From positions 2,817,567 through 2,881,566 of the forward strand of contig MU053629.1 in assembly GCA_013239625.1 (NCBI GenBank): a stretch of DNA of 64,000 nt, read 5' to 3'. The stretch comes from Lama guanicoe. Its lineage: Eukaryota. Positions 14,094 to 25,634 of the stretch are shown here, one piece after another. The notes under the pieces are model-generated. The model was not told the origin of the DNA and made no database searches. It saw only the letters and a list, made by a program, of their open reading frames with translations. Every line of letters starts with the position of its first letter. The stretch's first letter is position 1. The position numbers were made by a program, and so were the translations under genes.

Positions 14094-15936
14094 GACCTCC
14101 ATCCAGATCAGGGTGGCTTAGTCAAAACTCTCTAGTTTCCCCCAGAACTGATGACCTTTGCACACTCAAAGGGTGTGGGGCTGAGGGCCATCATACTTGC
14201 TTCAGCCATGCACACTGCTGCCACGGGAGCCCCAGCTCGAGCCCTGCCCCTGCCTTGTACACTGGGGAGCAGGAGGAGGCCAGATCGCCGAGGCAAACGG
14301 AGCCCCTCGCAGGAGGCCCCACCACCGGTATTCCAGAATGCTCCAGCGAGTGCAGTTCCCAGCCACGATTCCGCTTTGCTGGGTGACCCGAACGTGATCC
14401 CGGAGCTCTTAGAAGAGCAGAGGAGGGTGGGCACAACTACTCCTTAATCCCCTGGCCTCCGGGAGGACAGACGCCTCTCTGGCACCTCCCCGCCCCCTCC
14501 ACCTGACGACCTCAGGCCCCCTACTTCCCTAGCCGAGCTGCCAGGACCCTGCCCCCAGGCGGCCTCCAGCCGGGTCCGCAGTTAGGTCTGGAAAGGGGCG
14601 TGTCTTTGTAGGGAGGGACGAGGTCCGAGTGCTTCCTGACACTTTCCCACCCGCTGCTTGGGTTTCCTGGTGATGGGCCTGGGGCCGGCCTGGCGGAGGC
14701 TCCTTTCCCCCTCCACCGTCCTTGCCTCCCTCCCACGTGGCCTGGCTGAGTCTGGAAAGCCGCAGCAGCTGGAGAGAAATCCCCCTCCCCACCCCCACCT
14801 CCAAGTCCCTCCCCCACTAGCCCCGGACACATCCTCAGCTCCCCCCTCCGCAGGGAAGGCAAGAACTAGGCGAACAAAGCGGGCAGCCCATCCCCCTCCC
14901 CAGCCATACCACCCACCTTCCCCATGGGCCGCCCCCAAACGCACTCAGCACAGAAAGCGAGAGAGCTGGGGTGGAAGGAGCCCTAGGCATAGGCACTCGG
15001 TTCGCCGTCACCCCAACCCCACCCCTTTCTCCAGCGAGGACAACTCTGACTCTTACCCACCCCCCTCTCCACCCCGCAGAGAGTTAGGGGGCTGAAGGAG
15101 GCCTTGCAGACCTGGTCAACACTTCCCTGATCTGCCCCAGTAGGGGTGAGGCAGGAGTGAGTGACACGCGTCCCATCCTGAGAGCGAGTGTTGGACACGT
15201 TCACGAAAGCAACTGGTTTTCTACCTCCTCCCCCAGCCCACTCCAGGCCTCGGGTTTGGGGGAGCCACACTCCCCTGGCCACCCCCAGCCCCCACCCCTG
15301 GGCCCAATCAGCCTCAGGGACCACACCCACCGGACAAAGTTGACTATTTTATCACGACTACCCCTAGTCAATCCGGAATCGGCTCAGTACCCCTACCATG
15401 TGCAAGGACACCCCCCAAAAGCCAAGGCCAAATATTAGCTCAGCTCTATAGACACAATTACACACTCCCCCGACACACAAATGGTGGTGCAGACGCACCC
15501 CCCCAACCCCTCCTTTTTCACACACACTCCTAACCCGGAGGCACGCGCGGGCAAGACAGAGACCGCCCGGCGCGAGCCACCAGCACCGCAGCCACGGCCC
15601 GCGATGCCACGCCGCGACCGGGCACGCACTGCGGACACGTACGACCCCTCCCCACCCTCTGAACACGCGCGCGCACACACACACTCATTTCAGACTCTGA
15701 AAACCAAGGACACACACCCCCTGCGGACAAGTACGCGCCGCAATCGCCCCCCTGGCCGCGTCTCGCAAACGCCTGAGCGTAGGCATCGCAGGCACTAGAC
15801 CGCTCAGCCCGCCCCATGGCCCTGGCACTTGCTCGGGGACCCGGGACGCGCTGCCCCGCAGCCCGGCGCAGCCCGGGGCGCGGACGCACTGACACCCCGC
15901 AGCCGCTCCCGCCGCTGCCGCGGCGCCCGCCCTTAC

Positions 15937-16006
15937 CGCGCGCGGCCAGCAGGCAGAAGGTCAGTGCGATGAGCTCGCCGCCGCGGCCAGCGTCCCCCAG
16001 CGCCAT
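15937..16006 (-). CDS. IGDCC4: IGDCC4 (NOPE) coding exon 1, signal peptide
   Basis: ATG at 16006 gives MALGDAGRGGELIALTFCLLAAR+G (70 nt, phase 1), then donor GTAAGG. Lies in a CpG island and matches the IGDCC4 N-terminus as I recall it. Confidence 0.93.
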
Positions 16007-16020
16007 GGGGCCGGGCCCGG

Positions 16021-16047
16021 GCCGCCGCCGCCGCCGCCGCCGCCGCC
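16021..16047 (-). repeat. (GGC)9 trinucleotide repeat in the IGDCC4 5' leader
   Basis: Nine perfect GCC units on the + strand, 14 nt upstream of the ATG. Confidence 0.95.
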
Positions 16048-16061
16048 TCCCCGCGCCTCGG

Positions 16062-16089
16062 NNNNNNNNNNNNNNNNNNNNNNNNNNNN
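16062..16089. other. Assembly gap (28 N)
   Basis: Run of N in the GC-rich leader. Confidence 1.
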
Positions 16090-17189
16090 CCGGGCCCGAG
16101 CGGGGGCCGGCGCGGGGGCCGGGGCCGGGGCCGCCGCCTCGCCCGCCCCTCCATCGCCATCTTGGGCGAGCAGCCCGGGCGGGGGCGCCTGGCGAGTGCG
16201 GCCGGTCAGGCCCCGCCGGGGACCCCGGCCCGCTCCCCCTGACCTGCGCGCGTGGAGGCTCAGCTCTGCCTGGGTCTGCGCCTCTGCGCCTCACTCTCAC
16301 CGGGTCGCTTTGGGCCCCCCACTTGGACAACTTGTTTTTGGGTCTGTCTGTTCGTCTGCCTGGCTCTGGGCCTCCGGGTCTCTTTCTGCCTCAGTGTCTC
16401 TGTTTCTTTTCTGTGCTGCTGCCTCAGGGTCTCCTCCATCTCGGTTCCAGGCTGCTGGGAGGCAGATTCAAAGTCTCGGTCTCTGTCTTGATTACCTCGT
16501 CTTGCTATTTGAGCCAGTCCATTCCAGACCAGGTCCGGCCTGAATCCCTTAGCTCGTCCACATGCTGCACCAGCAGACCCTGGACAGACTGAGGGCATGA
16601 CAGTTCCCTCCTCATCCTCATTTCCATTGCCACTGCAAGCTGATGGCTTCTCTTGACCTCCTTTTTTTGCACTTGGATAACCAGCCCAGGCAGGGCATGT
16701 ACTCTACCACTGCCACACTCAGACCTCTCTGCACCCTTGGGAGAGACAAGGAAGGTTTGATCGCTCCAATTTTACATGCAGGGAAACTGAGGCTGCAGGC
16801 GGTGAAGTGACTTGCTTAAGGACATGAGGCTACGGAGCAGCAGGTGAAGAACTCTGGTTTTCTGACTCCAGAAGGTCATTTCCCACTCATTTTTCAACTG
16901 TGTTTTCTCTGTCCTAGCCAGACTGTCTCAGTATCCCACACTCATTTCTTTTTCTAAAGCCAGGCTTTTTCTAATAGTCAGGCTAAGTAGGGAGAGGAGT
17001 ACAGAATGACCAGGATGCCATGGTTCTTCATTCTGTGTCTCCAGTGTTCCCAAGACTTACAGCTATTTTGTCTCTGTACCTAATAAGTACCTTACCCATC
17101 TGTTGCTAGCTAACCCTTAATAATGATATGCACTCTGCAGGTCTAATTGGATCTGGGATTTATTCATTCCTTGCCAGTTCCATCAGCAG

Positions 17190-18130
17190 CATTTGACTTG
17201 AGCCCATCACTCGTTGTTTCTCTTAGTGATCTCATCTGGTCATTGGGGCTTTAAATTATATCTTTATACTGAAGATGCCCACAATTTATATCTCCAACCT
17301 GGAACATCTCTCCTGAACTCCTGACTTGTGTATCCACCAACCTGCTCAACATTTCCATCGGCTAACAGGCATCTCAAATTTAACATGTCCAATACCGAGC
17401 TTTGATCTTCTCTATTAAACTTGCTTCTCCCACAGTCTCTCGTCTCAGTTGCTAGCAGCTCCATCCTTCCTGTTGCTCAGGTCACAAACACTGGTGTCAT
17501 CCTTGACCCTTCACTCTCACATCCTTCGCTCTCCACTTTCCTGCTACTGCCTTGATCCAAGCACCGTCACCTCTCACTGAGGTTGTCGCATTAGCCCCCT
17601 CACTTGTTTCTGTCCTTGTCCCCCTTCAGTCTTTTCTCAATGTAGCATCAAGAGTGAACCTTTTAAAATGGGAATGAGATTATGTCACTTCTCTGCTCCA
17701 AACTCACCAGTGCCTCCTATCTCAGAGCAAAAGCCAAAGTCCTTATTATGACAAGAAAGCCTGTCTGCTCTGGGGGCCTGTTTTACCTCTCTGACCTCAG
17801 CTCCTACACCATCCCCTTTGCTCACTGCTTCTCCAGCCACACCAGCCTTCTTGCTGTAACCTGATCACAGCCAGTCCCCTCGCTCCAGCTTCTAGAACTT
17901 TGCCCACCTAGTGCAGTTCCAGAACTCTGTCTGCCACCCTTCATGTCCTCACAACTCCCCCCCCAGCACACACTCTCCCTATCCTTCATCTTTCTAACAC
18001 ACTCAACATTTTACTTATTTTATTTATAGTCTGTCCTGCCAGCCAGAATGTGGGCTTCCTGAGGACAGGGATTTTTTGTGTGTGCTAGGTTCACTGCTGA
18101 ATTCTAAGCACCTAAACCAGTATCTGCCAG
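17190..18130 (+). mobile_element. LINE-2 fragment
   Basis: L2 motifs TATATCTCCAACC...TCTCTCCTGAACTCC, CATCTCAAATTTAACATGTCCAA and GTCATCCTTGAC. Confidence 0.85.
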
Positions 18131-20112
18131 GGAGCCAGGAAAAAAAAATACAAGTTACTGCCTACAGGGACAACTGTGTCCTAGGTGGCATGGCAGGGAC
18201 AATGGGAGCAAGAGAAGGAAGGGCTGTCTGTGGTGGAGGGTTTTGAGGAAAAAGATTTCACAGAATTACTGATTGTGGTAGATGTTTGACCTGAGTTTTG
18301 GCAATTTAAGGAGGGCCACACACAAAAATCCAATTAAATCCTCTGTATTCATATCTCAGGACACAGACTCTGGGTAGGGAGCACAGGCTTGCTCTGTGAC
18401 TTTGGGCAGCTTCCTTCCCCTCCCTGAACCTCAGCTGCATTAATGAGAAAAATAAGAGGGCTGGGGTACAATGCACATTTCTAACCAGGAGTTCCAAAGA
18501 GTTCACACCATTAAAAGTGGATGTGGCACGGGTCTTAATTTCTTTCTTTTTAAATCCATCAATAAAGTATTCTATTATGCTCCCCCTTTCAAATGGAAAC
18601 ATGGGACGTCTCCAGATGTGTGTGAGGTGTTTATGGATGGTCGGCTTGGGGGACATGCTCAGGTGAACATCGTTAGCCACCGTCATGGTTTTTAACACTG
18701 AACAGCTTAAATTGTTTTCAATCTTATTTATAGATTGTTTAATTTATAGGCACAGTGGATCATGACCTATATGACAGGAAGTATGAGGAGCATTGATGGC
18801 TGAATTACAAAAACCTGATGCTGAGTTATGATTAAAATGATAATTTTGCAAATTTGCTTCAAGTTGATCATCATCAGAAAAGAATGGTAAAGTCTTCTAA
18901 TCAAAGTCATCAGTGACTAATAGGTCAAAAGCCAATGTTTAGAAAAATAAAATCTAATGATAATCCAATCTAAATTGGCTTTTTGTTTACCAGAAAGGCA
19001 GACCAGCTTGGCCTATAGTATGTTATTTGTGGAGATGTACTTCCCAATGGATTCTAACATTTTTTATTTCGTATTTTAGAAATACAACTCAACATTTTTA
19101 GGTTTTTCTTTTTTCACTTTAGCACAAAAGGCAATCATAAAATGAAAGGAATTTTTTATCCTAAACACATGGTTAAATTTCAATGTACATTTGGTCTCCA
19201 AATGTGCTATATAGTCTCATTTGTTGACAAATCATGCTTTTTTTTGCAATCAATTTAAAATCAGCACCTGTCACTTCTTAAAAAGGGAAGAGTGCTTTTT
19301 AAATCATCAGTTTAATTAAATGTTAAAATTGTCTTCAATTAACAATATACTATTATAATTTTTTTTTCTTTAAGTAACTTCCTAGAGACAGTCTGAGATA
19401 GAGCTAACATACTGGGGAGAAGTCAACAAAGGGGTCTAGAGACTGGGAAGCGGCTAGAAGACTACAGTTTCTATTAGTTGACCAGGTGGATAGGATGCTA
19501 TCAAACAAAGAGAACAGAGGAAAGAGCCAGACAGAGGGGAGAAAATTTGCTTTTTTAACATGTTGAATGTGTGGTGCCTGCATGGCCTGGCATCCAAGTG
19601 AAACCCTGGAAATGCTGTTTTGATCTGGGCAGAGAGATCAGAACCAGAGGAATTACTCTGTGAGCTGGTACTTCTATCACAGTATCTAACACACTTTATT
19701 GTAATATACTTCATTAAATTGTCTGGCTCTGCTGCCAGTCGTAAGCTCCTTGTGGCAGGAACCATGTGTATCTTGCTCACTCTTGTTTTCCTGGTATCTA
19801 GCACAGTGCACAGAATATAATAAGATCCCAATGAATGTTTTTTAAAAGTTACTCCTTTAACATACACCATGCAAAACTAGTGAGTTTTAAATCACTAAGG
19901 GAGTTCTCAAGATAGCAGGTTGCTATGAAAGGGGTTTGAGCAACACCAAGTGTTGGGAAGCACTTGCCTGAGGAATCCCTAAGTCTCCTTAGGCCCGCTG
20001 ACACTAAATCAAGAATTTATGACCACTTGCTCTGTAGGACCAGCAGTGGGGGTCTGTGGTGTTCACACCATTCTAGGATAGCAAAATCCCCCACTGCAAT
20101 GATTTTAAAATA

Positions 20113-20429
20113 CAGTTGCCCGTTATCCCTTGGTATCTATGGGGGATTGGTTCCAGGACCCTTCATGGATACCAAAGTCCCCAGATGTTCAAATCTCTAA
20201 TATAAAGTGGCGTAGTATTTGCGTATAACCTACATACAACCTACCATATACTTTAAATCATTTCTAGATTACGTAGAATACCTAATGCAATGTAAATGCT
20301 ATGTAAACAGTTGTCAGTAGGTGCAAATTCAAGTTTTGCCTTTTCGAACTCTCTGGAATTTTTTATTTTGAAATTTTCATCCATGGTTGGTTGACTATGC
20401 AGATGCAGAAGCCACATATCCGTAGGCTG
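20113..20429 (+). mobile_element. MER2-like Tigger (TcMar) element with TA target duplications
   Basis: TA|CAGTTG...CTG|TA with the internal GGGGGATTGGTTCCAGGACCC signature. Confidence 0.88.
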
Positions 20430-20431
20430 TA

Positions 20432-20897
20432 CAAGGTCTTTGACACTCCTCCCTTCAGGTAGGGTCTACTTCCCCTCCCTCTGAATATAGACTGATCTTA
20501 GTGACTAATTTCTAAAAGATAGAACATGGTGGAGGTGATACCGCATGGCTTCTGAAGTGTGTCATAAAAGAAGACTTGGCTTTCTCTTTGGAGCCCTGAG
20601 CCACCATGAAAGAAATCTGGCCTCTTGAAGCTGCCATGCTGGAGAGACCACGTGGGGAGACCACACGGAGACAGAGATGCTGGAGGAGCCCCAGCTGTTC
20701 CAGCCCAGAAGCCAGATGGGTGAGGGAGCCCCTCCGATGTCCAGCCCCAGCCCCTGTCTGACCACAACCACCAATGAGACCACGAGACCAGTTAACCCCC
20801 AGCACTGTGAGAAATCGTAATAATAACAAATGGTGGGGGTGGTTGTCCACCGCTGAGTTTGAGGTGGTTTGTAATCTAGTGCTAGACAACCAGAACA
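20432..20897 (+). mobile_element. MLT1 (ERVL-MaLR, F/G/H-like) LTR
   Basis: GCCATGCTGGAGAGACCACGTGG and a 3' end ...AGTTTGAGGTGGTTTGTAA...AACCAGAACA. Confidence 0.8.
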
Positions 20898-21429
20898 GCT
20901 ACTGGTGTCTTTACTGGGTTAGGTTCACTATTAGAAAGAGGAATCTCTTTTCCTCTCCCCACACTCAGCTCTGCCCCGAACCTGCCCATCATCCCAGGAA
21001 CAGCGTGGTCTTCCTCCAACAAACAGAATTTCCTCCAGCGAACATGTTCAGTCTCCAGGCCAGGAGGCAGCAACCCTTGGGCAGTGAGCAAAGTGTCAAG
21101 TCACAGGACGGTCTGTTCCAGAGCGAACACTTAGAAACTGCTTTGGGCTGCAGGGGGCAGGGGGAGCTTTCTGAGCTTTGTGGGAACCCATGCAAAGTCA
21201 CAGCCTCTCCCACCCTATGGGACAGGCCAGCGTGAGCTCAGGCCTCCTCCTCAGGGTCTAGCCTCTCCAAGGCTGAGGGGTCAGCTGACTGTGGAGCTGG
21301 CAGCCCCGCTGAGGGATGACAGAATGGACACCTTACAGTGTTCTGTCCCAGCGCAGAATAACCAGAGCCTGGTACACAGTATGTTTCAGTCATTCCTCGG
21401 AAGCAAAACCTAACCTCCACCTGTGCTGA

Positions 21430-21830
21430 GCGGCATTCCTGGGACCCTTCTCGGCCCCCAGAATCCCGTCAGACCCCCCCCAGAATCCTAATCAGACCCC
21501 CAGACTCCCAGCAGAATCTTGGGATCCTGTCAGACATCCTGGTAGCCCCCATGTAGCTCCTAGTCACTTGCCCACAATTTACTACCTCAAACCCCTTCAT
21601 TTTGTCATTTCTACACAAATCCATCATTTCTTTGTCTGAGAGGTATAAAAGCTTTCTGCTCTGTTCGCTTATTCTTTGTTCTGTTGTGAAGGCCCCATGT
21701 GCAAGTAAAAGTATAATAATTGTGTATGCTGTCTCTCACCCATTGGTCCTAATCTGTTCAATCCTTAGGTCTCTTCCTAGGATTTCCTAAGAGGCCAGAG
21801 AGGATTTCCTTCCCTCTAGGTGTCCAGGGG
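21430..21830 (+). mobile_element. Probable ERV solo LTR or LTR fragment
   Basis: U3-like short repeats (CAGAATCC...TCAGACCCC), TATAAAA at ~21645, AGTAAA downstream and a U5-like tail. Confidence 0.55.
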
Positions 21831-22069
21831 CATAATGAATGGATGGTGAGGGCGTGGGGCTGCTGCCATCACAGGGGTTCAGTTGTGTCTGCCGACAGGC
21901 CCCCACCCTCCATGGGGACCCACAGGCCAAGCCTGGATGGGGCCAGCCCGCTGTGGATTCTCCACTCCGGCCAGCTCCCCAGCTCCTGGCACAAGAATAA
22001 TGAAAACAGTTAATAGGTTTCAAGATGGACTTGGGAGAAATATGGAAGAGAATGTTTTAAAATATGCTT

Positions 22070-23594
22070 TTTAAAAAATTGAAGTATAGTTGATTTACAG
22101 TATCATGTTAGTTTCAGGTGCACAGCAAAGTGATTTGGAGATATATACATACATATATATATATTCAATTCTTTTCCAGTATAGGTTATTATAAGATATT
22201 GAACATTGCTCCCAGTGCTATACAGTACAGCCTTGTTGTTTGTCTTTTTTATCTATAGTAGTTTGTATCTGCTAGTCCCAAATTCCTAACTAATCCCTCT
22301 TTTCTTCCCCTTTGGTAACCATAAGTTCATTTTCTATGTCTGTAATTCTGTTTCTGTTTTATAAATAAGTTCATTTGTGTTATTTTTTAGATTCCACAGA
22401 GAAGGCATATAATATTTGTCTTTCTCTGCCCAACTTACTTCACTTAGTGTGGTAATCTCTAGGTCTACCCATGTTGTTCCAAATGACATTATTTCATTCT
22501 TTTCTATGGCCAAGTAATATTCCATTGTATATATAAATACGCCACAACTTCTTTACCCAGTCATCTGTTGATGGACATTTAGGTTTTTTCCATGTCTTGG
22601 CTATTGTAAATAGTAGCTATGAACATTGGGGTGCATTTATCTTTTCAAATTAGAGTTTTCTCCAGATATATGCCCAGGAGTGGGATTGCTGGATCTTATG
22701 GTAACTCTATTTTTAGTTTTTTAAAGAACCTTCATACTGTTCTCCATGGTGGCTTCACCAAATTACATTCTCACTAACAGTGTAGGAGGGTTCCCTTTTC
22801 TCCACACCCTCTCCAGCATTTATCATTTGCAGACTTTTTAAATGATGGTCATTCTGACTGGTGTGAGGTGATATCTCATTGTAGTTTTGATTTGCATTTC
22901 TCAAATAACTAGTGATGGTGAGTATCTTTTCATGTGCCTGTTGGCAATCTGGATGTCTTCTTTGGACAAATGTCTATTTAGAGCTTCTGCCCATTGTTTG
23001 ATTGGGTTGTTTGTTTGTTTGTTTGTTTGTTTTGATATTGAGTTCTGTGAGCTGCTTGTGTATTTTGGAAATTAATCCCTTGTTGGTCCCATTGTTTACA
23101 CAGAATTTCTCCCATTTTGTAGGTTATCTTTTCGTTTTGTTTGTGGTCTCCTTTGCTGTGCAAAAGCTTTTGAGTTTGATTAGGTCAATTTGTTTATTTT
23201 TGTTTTCACTTCCATTACCTTCGAAGATGGATCCAAAAAAATATTGCTGCGATTTATGTCAAAGAGTGTTCTGCCTATATTTTCCTCTAGTTTTATAATA
23301 TCCAGACTTACATTTAGATCTTTAATCCATTTTGAGTTTATTTTTGTGTATGGTATTAGAGAATGTTCTAATTTCATTCTTTTACATGTAGCTGTCTAAT
23401 TTTCCCAACACCACTTATTGAAGAGACTGTCCTTTCTCTGTTGTATATTCTTGCCTCCTTTGTCGTAGATTAATTGACCTTAAGTGTGTGGGTTTATTTC
23501 TGGACTTCCTATCCTGTTCCATTGATCTATATGTTTGTTTTTGTGCCAGTGTCATGCTGTTTAGATTACTGTAGCTTTGTAGTATAGTCTGAAG
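22070..23594 (-). mobile_element. 5'-truncated LINE-1 (ORF2 C-terminal part and 3'UTR), disrupted
   Basis: Minus-strand fragments MKLEHSLIPYTKINSKWIKDLNV and MEYYLAIEKNEIMSFGTTWVDLEITTLSEVS are L1 ORF2 C-terminal motifs. The L1 3' end lies near 22070. Confidence 0.93.
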
Positions 23595-24330
23595 GAATGA
23601 TTTGACTCTTATAGAACTGGATGGTGGGCAACAATCTTTATATTACAATCCCCTCCCTTTTGGTCTTAATTTTGACCAAGGTTTGGGAGGCATTTCGTGA
23701 CCAGTTTGTCCCAAGGTGCCAGTAATGCTCATTCCCAAGTCAGGTGAGGATTTTGTTGTGAGGCCACTCAATGTGCTGTTATGAAACTAGACCTGCTCAG
23801 CAGTAGCCAAAAGGCTTACTAGTATGTTACGATCCAGGAAATGGTTCCCTCATGTTGCTTCTTCCCACATCTCGAGTTAAAATCATTGATCTTACAGCAC
23901 TGTATATTTTGTCAATTGTTTCAGGTCACCTAGTCATCATGATTTTTACGGAGAGTTCAGTCACACATCTGGTAATGCAAGAAATAATAATCTTGCAAAA
24001 TATGCAGAATACAAGTAATATGGCTGGTAACACTAATACTGTCATAAACAAGTCTTCAAGCTAAGAACTTCCATTAGGTGTGGCCCAGGGTCTCCCCAGT
24101 TCATCTGACTTAGTTCTGCGTCCATCAATGTCTTTAAGGGGAATGATATATTGGCATTGTACATAAAGTCGACCAAAGATATCTGCACATGTAAGGTGAG
24201 TGGTGGGTCATCATGACCCCTTACAGGACTGAGAAAGGAATGTTATCTTCTAAGGAGTTACAAGGCTGGCACCAGAAGGAGAAAAAAACTGATCTTTGTG
24301 GTTGAGCAGTTATTTCTGCCATTGGGGAGG
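23595..24330 (-). mobile_element. ERV relic: env transmembrane remnant, polypurine tract and start of the 3' LTR
   Basis: PPT AAAAGGGAGGGGA (23649-23661) is followed one base later by TG at 23647. A hydrophobic TM-like frame lies at 23926-24060. Confidence 0.65.
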
Positions 24331-25251
24331 TCTGGCTAATACGTAATGCCAACGCACAGTGCATGCTAGTGGGGAGGGAGGAGGCCAGAGGGCGGAGGAG
24401 AAGTTTATGTTTAAATTTTTCTTGTCTTGTTTTAAAAAAATGAATTTTTATTTCATCAATACTCTCATCCCCAGAACTTCCCTCCCATCCTCCCCCATCC
24501 AGACAAACTCGGATCTGCTTTCTGTCACTACAAATTACTTTACATTTTCTGGAAATGTACATGCAAGTGTGTTAGGGGGCGTTTGGGGGCATTAAGCATG
24601 TATTCAACTTTGGTTTTCAGCTTTAGAATAAGTAACTAAGAAGACATTAAAAATTAAAAATGCTCTCAATGACTGTCATAGTCAAAAGTCAATGCAATAT
24701 AAAGGTATTTACTGAGAGTGGGGCATGGCAGATCAGATCAGCAGGTAGAGTACACTGTATTAGTTGAAAAATGTACAGACAGATACTATAATAAGAAGAA
24801 GTTATAAACATTTTCTAAGGCTCGATGAGGACCAGGCACAGCTGGAGTAAGCAAAGGCAGCTCTGGCCACTCCGGGAAAGCACGTCCAACGGGCGGAAAT
24901 CACAGAGCGTCTGCTCTGGGGCACAACCCCAGCCCCGGAAAGCGTGCTGGTTGACAACCCATCCTGTTCTGATTTTCCCAGGATCTTTTGTGTTGAGAAA
25001 AGCTGAAAAGAACTGCTAATGTTAAAAACGTGAGACAGTTTTGTGATCACCGCCCTCACCAGCACTATGGATGCCTTGCCCTCACGGGCTCCCACACAGG
25101 GACGGTGATTCTCGTGTCCTTGAAGGATGGACGAGGTGTCATCCTGGCTCCAGCCACCAGGTGAGGCCACCTGCTCCATGTCGAGTCCTCACCCTTAACA
25201 CAAATGTCTCGGCTGGGAAAAGCCAGCAGCCTTGTGTTACGGGCACATGCC

Positions 25252-25634
25252 TGCTGTGGGCTGAACTGTGTCCCCAGAATTCACATGTTGAGTCCTGACC
25301 GCCAGGACCTCAGAATGTGAATGTGTTTAGGAGCTGGGGTCTTTCAAGAGGTGATTAAGGTAAAATGAAGTCACCAAGGTGGGCTATAATCTGACATGAC
25401 TGTTGTCCAAATAGGAAGAAGAGATTAGGACACAGAAACACGCAGAGGGACCACCAGCCGAGGTCACAGGGGGAAGAGGGCTGTCTGCACACGAAAGAGA
25501 GAGGCCTCAGGAGGAACCAGCCCTGCTGATACCTTGAAGTGGAACTTCTAGCCTCCAGGACTGTGAGAAATAAATGTCTGCTGTTAAAGCAGCCCAGTGT
25601 GTTGCATTTGTTGTGGTAGCCAAGCTAAGAAGCA
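25252..25634 (+). mobile_element. MLT1A/B-like MaLR solo LTR
   Basis: Starts TGCTGTGGGCTGAACTGTGTCCCC, contains CCTCCAGGACTGTGAGAAATAAATGTCTGCTGTTAAAGC and ends in CA. Confidence 0.9.

Larger units (their letters stand above)
15500..16320. promoter_or_regulatory. IGDCC4: CpG island / IGDCC4 promoter and 5' leader
   Basis: Very high GC and CpG density around exon 1, several GC boxes, and a YY1-type motif CGCCATCTTG at 16155-16164. Confidence 0.9.

Noticed and set aside
15530..16592. Long ORFs of 266 aa (-) and 258 aa (+) across the CpG island
   Set aside because: Stop-poor GC-rich sequence that spans the N gap. Only the 70-nt IGDCC4 exon is supported.
18306..18698. 130-aa minus-strand ORF
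   Set aside because: No recognisable homology, non-ATG start, and it ends in a MIR fragment.
23926..24060. Domesticated env (syncytin-like) gene
   Set aside because: Only ~44 codons are open, with an in-frame stop just upstream and no ectodomain ORF.
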